Source: Phoronis australis
Taxonomy: Eukaryota > Animalia > Phoronida
NCBI GenBank assembly: GCA_002633005.1
Contig: NMRA01000128.1
Coordinates: 607,482 to 671,481, forward strand
DNA length: 64,000 bases
Reading direction: 5' to 3'
Shown here: piece after piece, positions 36,816 through 50,716 of the stretch
How positions within the stretch are numbered: the stretch's first letter is position 1
Layout: every line of letters begins with the position of its first letter
Program-made: the position numbers and the translations under genes
Notes under the pieces: generated by a model
The model's input: only the letters and a program-made list of their open reading frames with translations
Databases searched by the model: none
Told to the model about the DNA's origin: nothing

Positions 36816-37592
36816 TAGCCCCTCGGTTTGTCGGTTAGGGGCTACAATACTTTCCAACACTTTCTGTACGAATTTCGTCCCGTGTATTTTAAACAGGCGG
36901 TAGGTCAAGTCCGGTCACCGATTAAGAGATTTCACCTCATCAAAAGTACATTACACATTTAAAACTATCACTTAAAAAGCACTTACTTTCTTCAGTGGTT
37001 ATTTCTGCTTCTACACATATCTTCGATGAAGCTTACTTATTAAAGTGACTTTGGCGAAGAATTCCAATTCCACTTTTTGGTCACCGTTAACTTTTTCATC
37101 GCGCGCGCGATAACCACGAAGTATTTCAACTGAGTCACGTGATTTAGGCAAAGGCCAGCGCGAGACTGGACGAAGGGCGCGTGACGCTGGCGCGTGACAC
37201 TTAAAATAGCATGGGAAGGTATTAGGTGAAATTTGTAAGATTTGTGTCCCTTGGACATTTTATTCGTCAGTTGAAATACTTTGTGGTTATCGCGCTGGCG
37301 ATGAAAAAGTTAACGGTGACCAAAAAAAATGGAGTTGGAATTCGTCGTCAAAGTCACCTTATTTTTCGTAACTAAGCTTCATCGAAGATATGTGTAGAAG
37401 TAGAAAGGACCACTGAAGAAAGTAAGCGCTTTTTAAGTGATAGTTTTAAGTGTGGAATGTATTTTTGACGAGGTGAAAACTCCTAATCGGTGGCCGGATT
37501 TGGCTTACCTCCCGCTTATAATACACGGGACGAAATTCGTACAGAAAGTTATTGGAAGTATTGTACCCCCTAACCGGCCAACCGAGGGGCTA
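36816..37592. mobile_element. Foldback MITE with ~320-bp inverted arms
   Basis: 36816-37133 is the reverse complement of 37267-37592 (TAGCCCCTCGGTT...AACCGAGGGGCTA; CTTCTACACATATCTTCGATGAAGCTTA pair). Confidence 0.9.
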
Positions 37593-38077
37593 CGTGTTGC
37601 CTATACTATCGCATGCCTGCAGCATTCAGGGCGATGCAATTGCTTATTTACCTTGCCCTGCTCCATCAAGTTTGCAACAAATTCGCGATCAAAGCTAAAA
37701 AATCTTCCCAAAAAGTCGATGCGTAATGTCAATGTGCTACATGGAAATTGCGGATTCATGGCGGAAGGTCTCAAATTCCACACTTATCCAGACCATTCTG
37801 ATACCTTCCATGATATATCGGCAATTTCCGTCCATCCGTAAGTCATCGGATAATTCCGTATCGTCTCACGTGGGGCACGTTGGCAGTACACATCTGGTTT
37901 CTGGACCGAATTTTGTGCTTCGACCGCGAAGGTTTTGTGCTTTCTTTGTCCAGAACAGGACACTGTAAATGCTATCAGGAGGAAGTACAATTGCCCGTAT
38001 ACTCATGGTTTGCTGGACCCCTGTTATGTGTAAATTTATTGAGTTTTGTGTTTGATATGGACGGCTGTAGTGAATTA

Positions 38078-38370
38078 GTGAAGCACTCATGAAATTTTTA
38101 GTCATGAGTGTCATACCTTGTGGTAGGTACGGTCAGAAGCTGAGGACGTCTGTGAGTTATACCACAGGCATCCTCAGCCTCCGAGTCTGATGGTCCCAAA
38201 TACACTATAATACTAATAAAAGGTCTGCCATCAGCTTTTGGGAAGATTTTTGTGTAAAGTGAAGCACTCATGGAATTCCTAGTTCCGAGCGTCATGTCTT
38301 GTAGTATTATAGTGTATTGAGGGTGATCAGAAGTTGAGGATGCCTGTGATTTACAACACAGGCCAACAAA
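38078..38370. repeat. Diverged direct duplication (~180-bp period)
   Basis: GTGAAGCACTCATG at ~38078 and ~38260, each followed by TCAGAAG(C/T)TGAGGA(C/T)G(T/C)CTGTGA. Confidence 0.6.
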
Positions 38371-38669
38371 TTTGCCGATGACCCATCAGTTTTAACCATA
38401 TAAGAAACATAAAGGTTTTACAATAATACTTTGCTAAGCCTAGGTTCCCAGCTTCAATTGTTCTAAATCCAAGTAAAATCTGTGTGCGCCTCCCTCATTT
38501 CCACAAAATCTTGAACAAGAATAGACTGATGACAACTTTCTTATTGCAATCACATTCATTTTCTCGGACACGATTTGATGCTCAGGCTCATACTCAGTAT
38601 GTGCCTGCCAGCCACGTTCCCAGCAAGGGTGCAACACAATACTCTCTTTTTGTCCATCAACTGCACTTA

Positions 38670-38911
38670 CACGTTGGATAAACATTCATCGAATCTCGGT
38701 TTCTGCTACTTTTAAAAGCACAATTCTTCAAAATGGGCTGAACACAGCGTTGCCCTGAATTGATCGCTTGCTCCATCGTGTAACTGCCATACCCGTGTCC
38801 GACGCACGAGCCTGTGTCATTTCTGGGCGCTCTTAAGGTATTTTGGAAACTCGAAAACTGAGACATTGTCCGATTGCTATCACTGCATTCTCCCCACACG
38901 CATTTTTTCAT
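38670..38911 (-). pseudogene. THAP-domain remnant of a DNA transposon
   Basis: MKKCVWGECSDSNR ... ATLCSAHFEE with frameshifts/stops; ends at a GTAAGT donor. Confidence 0.55.
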
Positions 38912-41289
38912 TATACTCGTCTTAGGAGACCACTCCAGCTCCCGGCTGGTGTAGAACAACACAACAGCGGAGACCGGACATCCACTGATGACCACACTAA
39001 ATTTTTAATTTTGTGTTCATTTCTTGATTCAATTTCACAAATTGAAGAAGAATTACTAAAAATATCGTATCAAAATTATTGGTAACCAAATTCAAGCATT
39101 TATGACCATGGTGTGAATGATTTAATTAGAAGTAGATATTTAGTCACAAGGCGAAAGTTGCTGACACTGCTTATTAAGATTTCGCTTTTTTAATGTCAGG
39201 AGGAAATGGAAGGTGTAGTCCGCCTTTGTTATACTAGTGTGGGTGCACGGTGAGAAAATTTGCTCAGATTGCTACAAATGCATAAAGCCATACAAACTAG
39301 TACTTTAAACTATGCTCATCATTTTAACAAAAGTGACAAAATTTCGAACAGCTTCTTAGCACCACATACTGGGACATCATCTTCTCACACTGATGCAAAC
39401 ACAAATGTAGAACTATTATAGGACCAGGCACAAGGGGATAGCTGCCAGCTGAGCTGTGTGCATCAACCGAAAAGTCTCCTCCCTGAAGGTACAGGCACTT
39501 TTTCCTTCGGGTAAGCGAGGGCACTGCATTGATGCCAATATCAGCGACTTTGTTCAATGCGGGAATACATTGTTTGATATTAGTGACCGAGGCAGCCGCT
39601 GACATTGTGTGTTGGATATAAAAGTTTGTTCATCATGGTCAAACTGAAACATTTTGACCAAAAATGTAAAAAGCATGTCAAATAGATTTTGAAGAACCAA
39701 AGCAAAGGTTTCCATCTCAAAACGTGAACCAGCTACATGTACATGGTTTTCAATGACAGTGCTGCATGGGACTATAAACAAAGACTACCACGTGACTTGA
39801 TGAACCTTACACGAAGTATAATCGCGGGGAACTATGAGGGTATTTGGATTTTATTAGACTGCCTTCTCAAATTTGGCCTGGTTCTCATCAAGGGGAGCGA
39901 ACCAACGTCAATCACACTTACCTCGACCCATGCGTCTGTACAACTTGTGCACGTCCACTCTGCAGTTTTAGACAAATGGCCTGAACCATCGTGTTTTGAT
40001 GACGTAAAAGCTGGCCACTCTGCTTTGCTGATGTGTCTGATGACGTGACAGCTCTCATCTAAAGAACCATTTGATATTAAAGACAAGTTGAACGGGTTAT
40101 TTCCAAAGTGACACTCAATGTTTTTTAGCCATGTCTAATTTAGCTCCCCAAAATTCATTAAAAATTGTCCCCTGATGCTTTACCTGGTGCATTTTAAGTT
40201 TTGTGCTGCATGTGAAGAATGCAAATGCCATTTGCTTGCATTTCATTCTGTTCTTAGTGAAAAATTCCCTGTTGTTGACCGCTTGACTCATTTTTTGCTT
40301 AGTCGTAGCTTTTTTAAATCTGTTGGGCCTACTGCTAGCAGGAAATTCAGGCAGCCTTGAGGCACTTTGGATTTGTAAAATTTCTAGCTGATAGACACTC
40401 ATTTTTCACCGGATTTCAGTAATATGAAAAGGTTTGAAGATGAAATGGATTGTATCTCAGGATCGTAGTCATCGCTTGCAAATGGTGGCTTTGGTATAAA
40501 GACTGCTGATTTGGTGTGTTCTTGCTATAGTATTTTAATTATAAGACCTGGTTGTACTTCCGGTAGTGGTAAATGATGGAAAACTTTGCAGGAATCAGTT
40601 TCAATAGACTTAGTGCAAAGTTTATGAAGCCTTCGTCTCAGTATAGTGTTCACATTTTTCAGGTTTTGTACATCTCGTGGAACGGACTGTTGGAGCTGCC
40701 AAGACCTGGTTTTTCAAGCCCAAAGTCTACAAAAATTGTTGATTGCCATCTAATGTTTGTTGCGTCTCACTGCATGGCATGTTCAACTCCAGTTGTTCTA
40801 TCTGTCTTATTGAGATTAAACGAATAATACATTTAGTGACATACTTTTTATTATAAAGTTCAGTACTCGGCTACATCCCTTCTAGAACACATACCACAAA
40901 ACTGGTTAGAATTAAGTACACATGTAAAACAGTGCTTAGAAACAGCACTATCGTACTTTTAATCATTTTTTAAATGCAATTTTACTTAGCAGGAAACCGA
41001 AACTTCAAGATTAACCCAATTTCTTCTTGTAAATCCGGAATTGTTCTCTGTCCTACGAAATACCTAATGTTAAAGAATTTGGCAGTACCAGTGCTTTGTC
41101 ATGTAACCGCATAATATGAAAAGTCTAAAAGCCGCCACCGAAGCTAAGCTAGCTTTTATAAATAAAACATCAAACTTTGGTTTTATGATATAACACCTAC
41201 TGAGGATCATTTAAACATATCTTTTTAAAATGTCTGAACTACCCCTGGATGAAATTTGATTACAACACTGAAAATCTCCAACACCTCAC

Positions 41290-41415
41290 CACATGTTTTG
41301 CCAGTATAGCCCGGTACACACTGGCAAACGAAGTCTCCATAAGCGTCAGAACATGATAGCCCGTTCACACCGCACGGTGATGAAGAACATTCGTTGGTAG
41401 CATAGAGGGTGACAT
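41290..41415 (-). CDS. Exon encoding a calcium-binding-type EGF domain (absent from the ORF track)
   Basis: Acceptor TTTCAATCGTTTCAG, donor GTG|GTGAGG, phase 1-1; TNECSSSPCGVNGLSCSDAYGDFVCQCVPGYTGKTC has six Cys and CxDxxxxFxC. Confidence 0.9.
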
Positions 41416-41971
41416 CTGAAACGATTGAAACAGCATGTCAACTGGATATATTTATACCTGAGAAAGGATGATATTGCAAATGGAACTTATGGAAACCGAA
41501 ATAGTAATCTGCTCCCACTCAGTTACAATTGAACTTGTTGGAACGACTTATCGATTGGGAGGAACGCTACGGTTAGTAACTCGTGATTAAGTCATAGCTC
41601 AGACGTCATGGAAAGGAGTTACATAATTGACCTGGAGCAGGACCTATGGTCTACTTCGATTGAGGGTCCTGTCAAACCAAAGCAGTTCTCAGTAACATCT
41701 CTGAAACCGGAAAACATGGGGAACCGAACGCCGTGGACGGTGTCGCATTTTCTTTTCTTTTCTTGAAGTTACATTTCGCCCAATTTGCCTGGCTCAAAAC
41801 GAAAATTAAATCAGGTCTTTTACTCTCATGAAATCGGTTTCACATTATTGTTTACCGTGGCAGGATTCTATTTCCGTTTTTCAATAGAACAATGAAATCA
41901 TTCGCGACTCAAACGTTGCAGAGCGGTTTATTCGAGTTGGCCAATATACTAAAACTGCTGGTTCGAAAATG

Positions 41972-44900
41972 TATGAAGCGCCAAAGGATTCATAGACTGG
42001 TACCTTTCTGCACATTAAACTGAGCATATTCAATGCATTTTCGGTTAGCGACTAGTCTTTCACATATGGCACATCACATTTACAAAATACCGCGAAAAAC
42101 GGGTGATGAGTCTGGATCTCGCGAGATCATATCGGTTCGTATCCGCGCTAAATAAACCGCAGAAAAACGTTTCGCCATTGTTGTAATTTGAATGAGTTTT
42201 GTAGCAGTTAGGACTAAGTTCTTAAAAATGGTAATTATAATCCTTGTAGATGAGAAAATCCGTATTTGTCGACTCATTTACGTATCAAAATAAAGACTTA
42301 TCTCCCTTGTCATGCATACTCGGGGAATTCCTTGTCAATGGAATACCCGAGTAGAATCGCGACGAATGCGGACGATATTGGAGTACCTGTAGTATTAATT
42401 GAAGCAATTTTAAAACGAAAAACATCAATGAAACGGTTTAGTTATCACTAAGTGAACATAAAAGGTTCACTGTGCGATTAAAATAAAACTAGCAGAAGAA
42501 GCACAGTTGACAGGTCAACTAATTGCGCTATTGACGTTCCCACACTGAAGTGCTATTTGTTGGCTTATTAGCCCTGTAGTTCACCAAACTTTAGTAGATC
42601 TCTACCGTGCACTAATTACACTATCAGAATAGCAACATTTTTGCGAGACATTAGTGATGATGATACTGATGATGAAGAAACTAGTGGTGCCTTTTTGTAG
42701 TACTGTTCCAGGGGCCCAACATGTTGCCTCCGGGAAATTGAGCAGAGCACGGTTGTATGTGTACAGGCATCCCGAAAGTTGCGGTGGCCCGGAGTATGAA
42801 CCTTCTGTTCGGGAAATCTATCGACTAAAAAGAATTGAAAAAAAAAAAACGGGAACGAGAGCCAGCCACGATCTGGGGTCACTCACGCCTCAAATTTCAA
42901 GATGAAAAAAATTAAATTTCAGCAATGATTTCTGTGTTCTGAATTTAGGAGGATGTCTCAATCTGGAGAATTTTTAATCACCTATCTAATTGCTATCATC
43001 AACTTTGTCACCTTTGCTAAAAATATATGTTAAGAACAATTATAAGCTATAAACGTGATCCATCTCTTGCCATGAAAAATGTTCAAACATACACCATTGC
43101 CAGCATGATGACGAATGCACGCAGCAGTCAATAGCCTCTGTACAGCACAGAGTTGAAGATTTTTGGCAAACATCTACATGTATCTCATACATTATGGCTA
43201 CAGTGAATTCATTCTTAGTCATACCAATATGTAGTGAATGACACATAGTAACAGAAGTGGTAGCCCATGTGGACGATTTTCCACTTCTTTCACAATTTTC
43301 CAGAGAAGCGGCTTGTCATCCAGGTTCCTCATGGGAAGTCTAAGCACACTTTTTCTGAAGTCTTGCAAAGGTCATCCAAAGATGTACTGATTTTAAACAA
43401 CAGTTTCCGATAAAGTTGCTCGGTTGAATCTTTAGACATGTTTGACAAGAAAGGGTCGGATTGTTGATAATTCTCAGATACTGAATGCCCATGGTCAACT
43501 TGCTCCTGTTGGCTTCTTAGAAACAGATGGCGAATCAATCCATTAGTAGGCCTACATGTTTCTGTCGATGTTAAGACTGAGCAATGAGATTGCTGACATC
43601 CAATTTCTTGCTGATTTCTGCAGCTGTGTGAGTTTTGAACAAAACGAAATGCCAGTTAGAGACGGTGATCACTGTCTAATCCACTGAATAATAGGAATGT
43701 TATTCAGTTGTTACATTCATCAACTTTTTTCGATCATGTCCTTGTCCTGTGGTTCGTTTCCCATTTTCCCTAGTATAAATTGACCAAAAACACGTGTATT
43801 CACCTAGTCAAGTCTAGACATTTACTGTCACTGGTGTGTTCCATCTGGCTAACACTAACACTCTGACTCTGTGAGCTATACATGTAAGTAGTGAAAATGC
43901 ACTGAAGTTAATATTGCAACATGTTGATAGCGTCATTCTCAAAACCAGGAAACATTATATCCGACTTGTTTCCAAAGTAGTTAGGTGTGATAAGACTGAA
44001 CTCTGAAGTCGAAGTCCAAGCGGCCACAGTCACAGTGATGACAGTGATGTGTCGAAAATCACCAATTTACCTTCAATTCAGACCCCTTTTCACTCACTTT
44101 TTATGCAAGTACAACCGTACAGGCGTACATGACTGGCCCCAGTTAGATTCCCGGTTCGGAAATTGTTCTGAGTCGGCATTTACAACAGTTGTTCAGTAAC
44201 ATTTACATTGATTCAGAAACGCGATAGGCCTACTGCCTAAATAAGAAATCGCGAGCCACCATGTTTGCAAAAGCGCCGTCTACTGAGCAAAAGGATAGAA
44301 ATGAACTACTTTCGCGCAGGCAAATGTACTCCATACTAGTAAGATTATACACTCAGTGTTGTCTTACGTAGTAAATGTATTCAATGCCTACATTTGTTTA
44401 TTAAACGAGCAAAAATGGTCATTCGACGATGAATAAGATTGCTGCAGTACACGTTACCTATTAGTAAGTAACTATGGAGGGTTCTTAAACGAGTATCTTT
44501 CTGCTCTTTGAAATGTGCTTGTTTTACGCGTAGCATTATTTATTCGGAGCACTGAGATGGTTCTTAAATGATGTTCTCATTCAACGCGCAGGATTGCTTA
44601 TTCGATGCGTACTTTTAATCAGTCCAATCTCGTCCGTTCTCTCAACTCTCAAAACCGCGGAAAGCCACCTCCCGTTCAGTAGCGCTAGGACATAGGTTAA
44701 AAGCAAGACTTTGCGAGATTACGCGAGATATTGCCGTGTATTTTAAATAAGAGCACGTGACCTTGACTAGCTATTGGCTAGGTCCTAGCGTAGGTCCTAG
44801 CGTCTACTGAACGCACGCCCAGTTTCGAACATTGTGCCGTGTTTGCCTGTGCTGCTACTGTCTGAGAGCTTGCTTGTCTCACTGGACATAACACATAGCT

Positions 44901-45171
44901 AATTCAGCGCGTTGAATAAGAGTAGAAAGATAATCGTTTAAGAACTGATTTAGCGCGTTGCATAACTAAATTAGCGCGTTAATTAAGCAACACTACTCGT
45001 TCATTGAGTAACATTTACGCGTTGATCAAGAGCAAAACGACAATCGTTTAATAACCAATTGGGTGCGTTGAGTAAGAAATATTACGCATTGATTAAGCAA
45101 TAGTACGCGTTGAATAAGAACATTTCAACCCGCAAAAAGAAACTGGTTTAAGAATCCTTTGGCACTTCATA
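41972..45171. mobile_element. Possible 3.2-kb TIR-bounded element with subterminal motif array
   Basis: TATGAAGCGCCAAAGGATTC (41972) pairs with GAATCCTTTGGCACTTCATA (ends 45171) over ~40 bp; CGCGTTGAATAAG-like units at 44907-45120. Confidence 0.45.
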
Positions 45172-47134
45172 AGTAAGAAGCACCAATAGTAGTTCAGTAC
45201 GCGTACTTTATTTCAGTACGCGTATTTAATTTGAAAGACTTTTGCCGATTTTTACCAAGCGAGCATGTTAGTAAGTACAGTTACGTAGATTTATCTTTTC
45301 TTTGGTTATCAACTTTCCTGGAATCATAAGAATTTACATTTCAATATGGCTACTTATTGTGGAAATCTTTACAATGTGCTCCATTGATCGTCCAAAGGGA
45401 AAAAGAAGTTAGACCAGGTGTGGCATTGAGCCATTTTTTCTACTGGGTTAGGGAAGATTTAGTTCCGCAGGAATCAGACATCAGCAAATTTCGTATGTAA
45501 AAGGCAATTCTTCGGGTTTAAGCTCATTACGTATGTAGGGTATTATTGTTTACCTTAAAGTGGTATTTAATGAATTGCCAAAAATATGCTGCCAAGGGTA
45601 ATATAAGAACTCCTACCGTGAACTGCGAAGTCCAAAGAAAGACGGGAAGAAATATCCGGTAAATCACAGCATCGAATTCATTCGGCACACTGGTATTTTC
45701 GTAGCCTCAAATTTCCCCTTGGAGGTGAATGTTCTCTGCTCTTATTCGGGCTTAAGTCATATTGGAGAAAGATTCGCTGTATGACTGAATTTCGCGCATG
45801 CGGAGAGAGCGTTCGATTTCGAGGGGAAGTTTAATGCTGCGGGATTAACCGCGTTCAGTGTCTATTTTTAGCTAATATTACCAGGAATAAAACGACAAAA
45901 CTTTTCACGAGAACAGGTAATTCATATTTGGATATTTTCAAAAGTTTCGCTGAACTTCAATCAATAATAACCAGTGACTATACAACCAATAAATAGTTCC
46001 ACAGCAAGTTGTGGGTGTTCTGAATAAGCGAAACCCTCCGGAACACCTCATAGCCTGAAATTTCCCTTCGATGGTGAACGTTATCTGCTTTTATTGAATA
46101 ACCGATTGAATCCCATGCTGTGTCTTACAAATGTTTGAATGATTTCGGCCAGTCGGCTTAATTATACAAAACTCGATGTCCTAAATGGACAAAATCGTAT
46201 TGAAAACCCAATAACCATTTAGTTAGAACTACTAACTTATGCCTGAACTCTGAAATTGTATGCCGGGCAAAGTAAGTTAACATTATCGCCTGAGTGAGTC
46301 GGTTCCTGACAGTGGGGAAGTCGCCCCACAGATTTTTTTTTCAAAAAATGAAAGCAAGAGAAACCATATTTTTGTAAGAACAAGTGAAGTGTTTTGATGA
46401 AAAAGCTCCGAACAACTGCTGGAGTTTCGTCTGAGATAGATTTGTGTAATTCTTTTCAATTTTGTGTATCTTATTTATGCTTCATCGTACTGATTATGTC
46501 ACTTAAATACCGTCCTTAAAATAAGTTGTTTTCTCATTCGCCCTACCTTCGTTCTTCTGCCATAAACAGCATACTGACATTTTCTTTGGTGGTTTTAGAG
46601 GGTCAGAGATTTAGAATAGAACGTACGCGGTCTTGGAGTTTTTAAAATGTCCAGACTTGCATTGTTTATTACGTAACAAGTCTCTGAATTGTTGTAGTAT
46701 TATGTTTTGAGTAAAATGTAATCTTCCGAAAATCTTTGAATTTACGTCTGTAGAATTATCATGTTCGATTATTATACGTGCCACTTTTCGGTGGTAAATA
46801 CAGAAAATTGTAATGTAGCGACTCTTTTGTAGTATTATGATAATAACCATAAATACACATATTTATATGTATTTGCACACGAATCTGTCATTAGTAGGGC
46901 AAGATAAGTTCAATTCTATTATATCTTTCTACCACAGTTCCTTGGCGCCTTTTGGGGATTGTGGTGCTGCGGCATGTTGCGAAAGATGTTTCAGAGAATT
47001 GAATTGCAACGGGTCAACTACGGCTTAAAGTTCACCAGGCGTTTGGCTCTATGAATTCTGACAACATCATTGGCATGTCCACTTAGCTAAAGGGACTCAA
47101 AAGAGAGTTTGAATATGTCATAGACAGTGTATCA

Positions 47135-47366
47135 CATGGGCGCACCCATGGGGGGATCGGAGGGCTCGAACGAAAGCAAATTGGGCAAAAAGGTCCGCTT
47201 CAATGAAACAAAAAGTCCGAGCAATTGAGACAAAAGTTCACAAAGTCCAAAGGAATTCCAGGAATTCGGCGCGTTTTTTTTTTTAGTCTTCGTTGATTTT
47301 TTTTCAGTAAAAGTCCGTATACCGAAAAATTCGGGCCCCCTACATTTTAGGCTAGGTGCGCGCATG
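47135..47366 (+). mobile_element. hAT-like MITE with AAAAGTCC internal repeats; relatives at ~30780-30975 and ~32685-32870
   Basis: CATGGGCGCACC / GGTGCGCGCATG termini; repeated AAAAGTCC in all three copies. Confidence 0.65.
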
Positions 47367-47807
47367 TATCATATTACTTTCCAGTCTTGACATGTGTTTG
47401 AATAGGTCTTGAACAGTATACTTTTCAATTTTGTGACGTTTTTCTCCATTCTCATAAACTTATTTATTTTATAACTAATTTATTTTATTTATGAATCTTT
47501 TCAATCTAATTGTACATAGCTCTATGTATTTTACTTCATGTGAATATTTCCGACTGGACCCACTTGAAAATCAATGTATTCACTAAGTAGTCACCCAGTT
47601 ATTTAAAGAAGTTTAAATAAATACATAAATATAACGATAACACGTTTACAAGAACACAGAATTGACAAAGCAATTCTTATTTATAACTAACTCTTGTCTC
47701 TGGTAAAGTTGTGAACGAATGGTGTATTGTGAGAAGATTACTACCCTTCCAGTTGGTTATCAGATCGCCATCCCTTATGGCCAACGCCTTAGAACCTACC
47801 TTATCAA

Positions 47808-47963
47808 CAGTGCTGTAGTGGTAAAATTAGAGGTAAGTAGGCGCCAAAACCCCATCGTATCACCTTGAGCACTGAATGTAACTTACGTCGCGTAGGCGCT
47901 ACGTTCAAATGCCAAAAGGTGGTTGGCTGCGCCTACGTGCGCCTACACCCCACTACAGCACTG
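47808..47963. mobile_element. 156-bp MITE
   Basis: Perfect 14-bp TIR CAGTGCTGTAGTGG / CCACTACAGCACTG; internal GTAGGCGC / GCGCCTAC repeats. Confidence 0.7.
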
Positions 47964-48963
47964 GGCCTGTGACCTGAAAAAGAAACCCTGTCACGCAGTT
48001 TTTTAACCCTGAGTACTGCAATTTTTGCCAATCCCCTAAGGAGGTTAATTCATATGAAATTGAATTAAGGGTTCGTGGTGATGACTCAAAAGCGAGTAGA
48101 CCTCTGTTTCCCATAGTTGCCGAATGAGTGACGTATTGGTGAACAAACTATTTTAGTATTTAAATGGCACTTTGCCTAACCTGTTGCGATAACTTAAGAC
48201 GTTGTGAAACACTCACAAATTGTTGACCATACAAATTGTGACAATTAGCAGGGCCGCCAATGGTGACCGAAATCGTCACAATTACGAAATGGTAACAATT
48301 CGGGCGTTTGTAACAAATTGGAGTTGCCGCTAGAAAAACACTGCTTCCAATTGTTCGACATACTTTGTGGTTCAAAATTACTTCCTACTGAAAATACAGC
48401 TAGTTACCATCCGGTCGCTGTGGCCTGCCAACTTAAGCACGAACGGAAAGAGTCCAAGTTAAAGAAAACCTGCAGTATCCACACATCATCTCTTGTCACT
48501 AGCTATTGTAAACGAACTAGTTCTGCACTTTATTGCCGAGTCCACCTATGCAATGCAAAACTCAATGCTCTCTAAAGCAAAGTTCATGTCTTGGTTGAAA
48601 ATGACATTAAGTCGATGAACTTTCAACGATTTTCAGAAATATCGGAACCTGACACGTGTTTAATTAGCAGAAACCAGCAGGGTTCCGCGGAGTGTATCAG
48701 TATCCATATCCTGAAATGTTGTTGGCATTCCAGACTTTTTATTTTGTCAGTTATGCTTTGGAAAATAATTGGAAAAACAAAAGTCGATCCTTCCATTTAT
48801 GAAAGCATCCTTTGATAGGATCCGCCACGCCCATTCAGGCCTGCCCAACTAAATGCACCGGTGCACTATTGTACACTAATAGAATTTGGCCAAAATTGGG
48901 GCTTACAAACAATCAAGTTGTTGTCAGACACTTAACCATATAATATAGCTACCACATACTTAC

Positions 48964-49505
48964 TGTTTGCCAAATTGTTCACGTGCTCGTTCATCAAGAT
49001 CTCGTCAACGATGCCGAGACTCCTAAGCTTTCCGTCAAAGAACGTGGACATGCTATTCGCTCGTACTCCAAACTGAAGAGTGCCTGATCCAACATCGAGA
49101 GACACATTGGCATCGGAAGTCCTTTCAATAACTTTACTCGTGTTATCGATATGCATGTGAATCCTGCCGGCCTCTCGGTTCCAGCTAAAACCAACAGTTT
49201 GCCAGGTCTGTGTTTTCACTCCCTGAAATTTTTCGCCATTTACAAAGTTATTTATATCAAATACTTTCTGTTTTACTCTGTTGAGGTACAGTTTTAGTTC
49301 TTCATTTTCGACGCTTAGCTGGAACAGGTTATTGTTCACGTCCCAATCAGCAACCACCACTTGTTCACCTCTTGACGCATCTTGTACAAAAATCTTCATC
49401 GCCAAAGTGAAACTGGTGTTACGAGGGAGAGACACGTTACTGATGGCGTAACTCGATCCGGACAAGACAAGAGCTCCCTCTACATACCGTGCGTAATTGT
49501 ACACC
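48964..49505 (-). CDS. Exon encoding a concanavalin A-like / LamG-3 (pentraxin-like fold) domain
   Basis: Acceptor CCCTTTTCCATGTAG, donor ACA|GTAAGT, phase 2-1; GALVLSGSSY, SFTLAMKI, WQTVGFSWN, MHIDN, FFDGKLRSLGIVDEIL fit the LamG-like pattern. Confidence 0.85.
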
Positions 49506-49713
49506 CTACATGGAAAAGGGAACACAGTGACATGTTATTGAACGAAAACCAAGTTTTCATGGCGCAGAATTGGCGTTAGCGTTTAACTAGGACAAAGCAA
49601 TAAACTTAAGAGGAAACTTTAAACACATCATGTAAGAGTCAAAGTTTCACAACCAAATATCACTTTAATCTCTTCCTGCTTTAATGCATTACAAGGCAAG
49701 ATTTTAGTTTCAC

Positions 49714-49831
49714 CTGTTCACTCGCCGAAGGGTGCTGTTCTGTACGTGAAGAGGGTACAAGGTGGTCAACAACAAAACGTCCTCAAAGGCTCGCGGACAT
49801 AGAATATCACGAGGGCAGTCGTTCATGGTAG
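49714..49831 (-). CDS. Second coding exon of the receptor
   Basis: Acceptor GTTCTCACAG, donor CAG|GTGAAA, phase 1-2; TMNDCPRDILCPR...QNSTLRRVN; bridges the signal-peptide and LamG exons in frame. Confidence 0.7.
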
Positions 49832-50716
49832 CTGTGAGAACGGTACGCCGACGTTTTTATTTTTTCGTGTTTTTAGTAAGGTCCGTGGCCCCCAAAAACC
49901 GCCTACGGGAGGCACACATTTATCAACAAGTGTCCCACGTATAGCGTAGTTGTGTTATCGGTGAATACGACTAGCTTACTGAAATTCCCGCTGACATGAC
50001 GATTGTTCTTTTGGACCATTTTAAAGCACTTAAATTACAAACTTCTAACTGGTGACTGGTCCATTTCATATCATGCGATTCAGATTTCGAAAAAAATTAA
50101 TTCTGATCACAAGCTTTAGGATGCTACCAGTGGTATGTCAGTAAAAGATAATCACAGGAGGTTTCATGTTTCCATATCATCAACGTATGCATCAATAGTT
50201 GTGTTATTAAGTTGTTGGTTTGATATTTACATCATGTGTTACAATCACCTTTAATAAACACCCATCCATCCTCACGAGAATTCACCTTGTTTGTGTGTGC
50301 CAAAAATCATGAATGATATATTATCAAGCGTTTATCCTTATCCATCTCAAGTAGTCCAACTTGTTAAAATGGAATTCCCATTATCGATTAAAGAACAGAG
50401 AAAGCTTAGGATTTAACATTGAACTCTTTGGCCTCTCTTCGGTTGCCTGGAACCCCAGCAAACAGTGTCCTGTGTGAATTGAAATCAACTTTAAAGTCAG
50501 AAACTGGTTTACTTTGGATGGTTCTTCGTATATTAGAAAAGTAGTTCGACCTAGAATAGTCGGAAGACGAGCTATTTCTAGGCGTTGGCATCGTGTGGCT
50601 TCGGCAGTCTCGGACATACGTCCACATTAGGACAATTTGTGCCTACACGAATTGCGTAGTTTTTCAATCAACATTTTTATAACTGTTTGCTTCTGTCGCT
50701 TAATGGCGAGATTTAA

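Noticed and set aside
39324-40830. Coding-like fragments (possible Cys-rich transposon protein)
   Set aside because: Motifs are too degraded and strand-ambiguous to name.
44900-45125. Short repeats with spacers (CRISPR-like)
   Set aside because: Degenerate units, irregular spacing, eukaryotic context and no cas genes.
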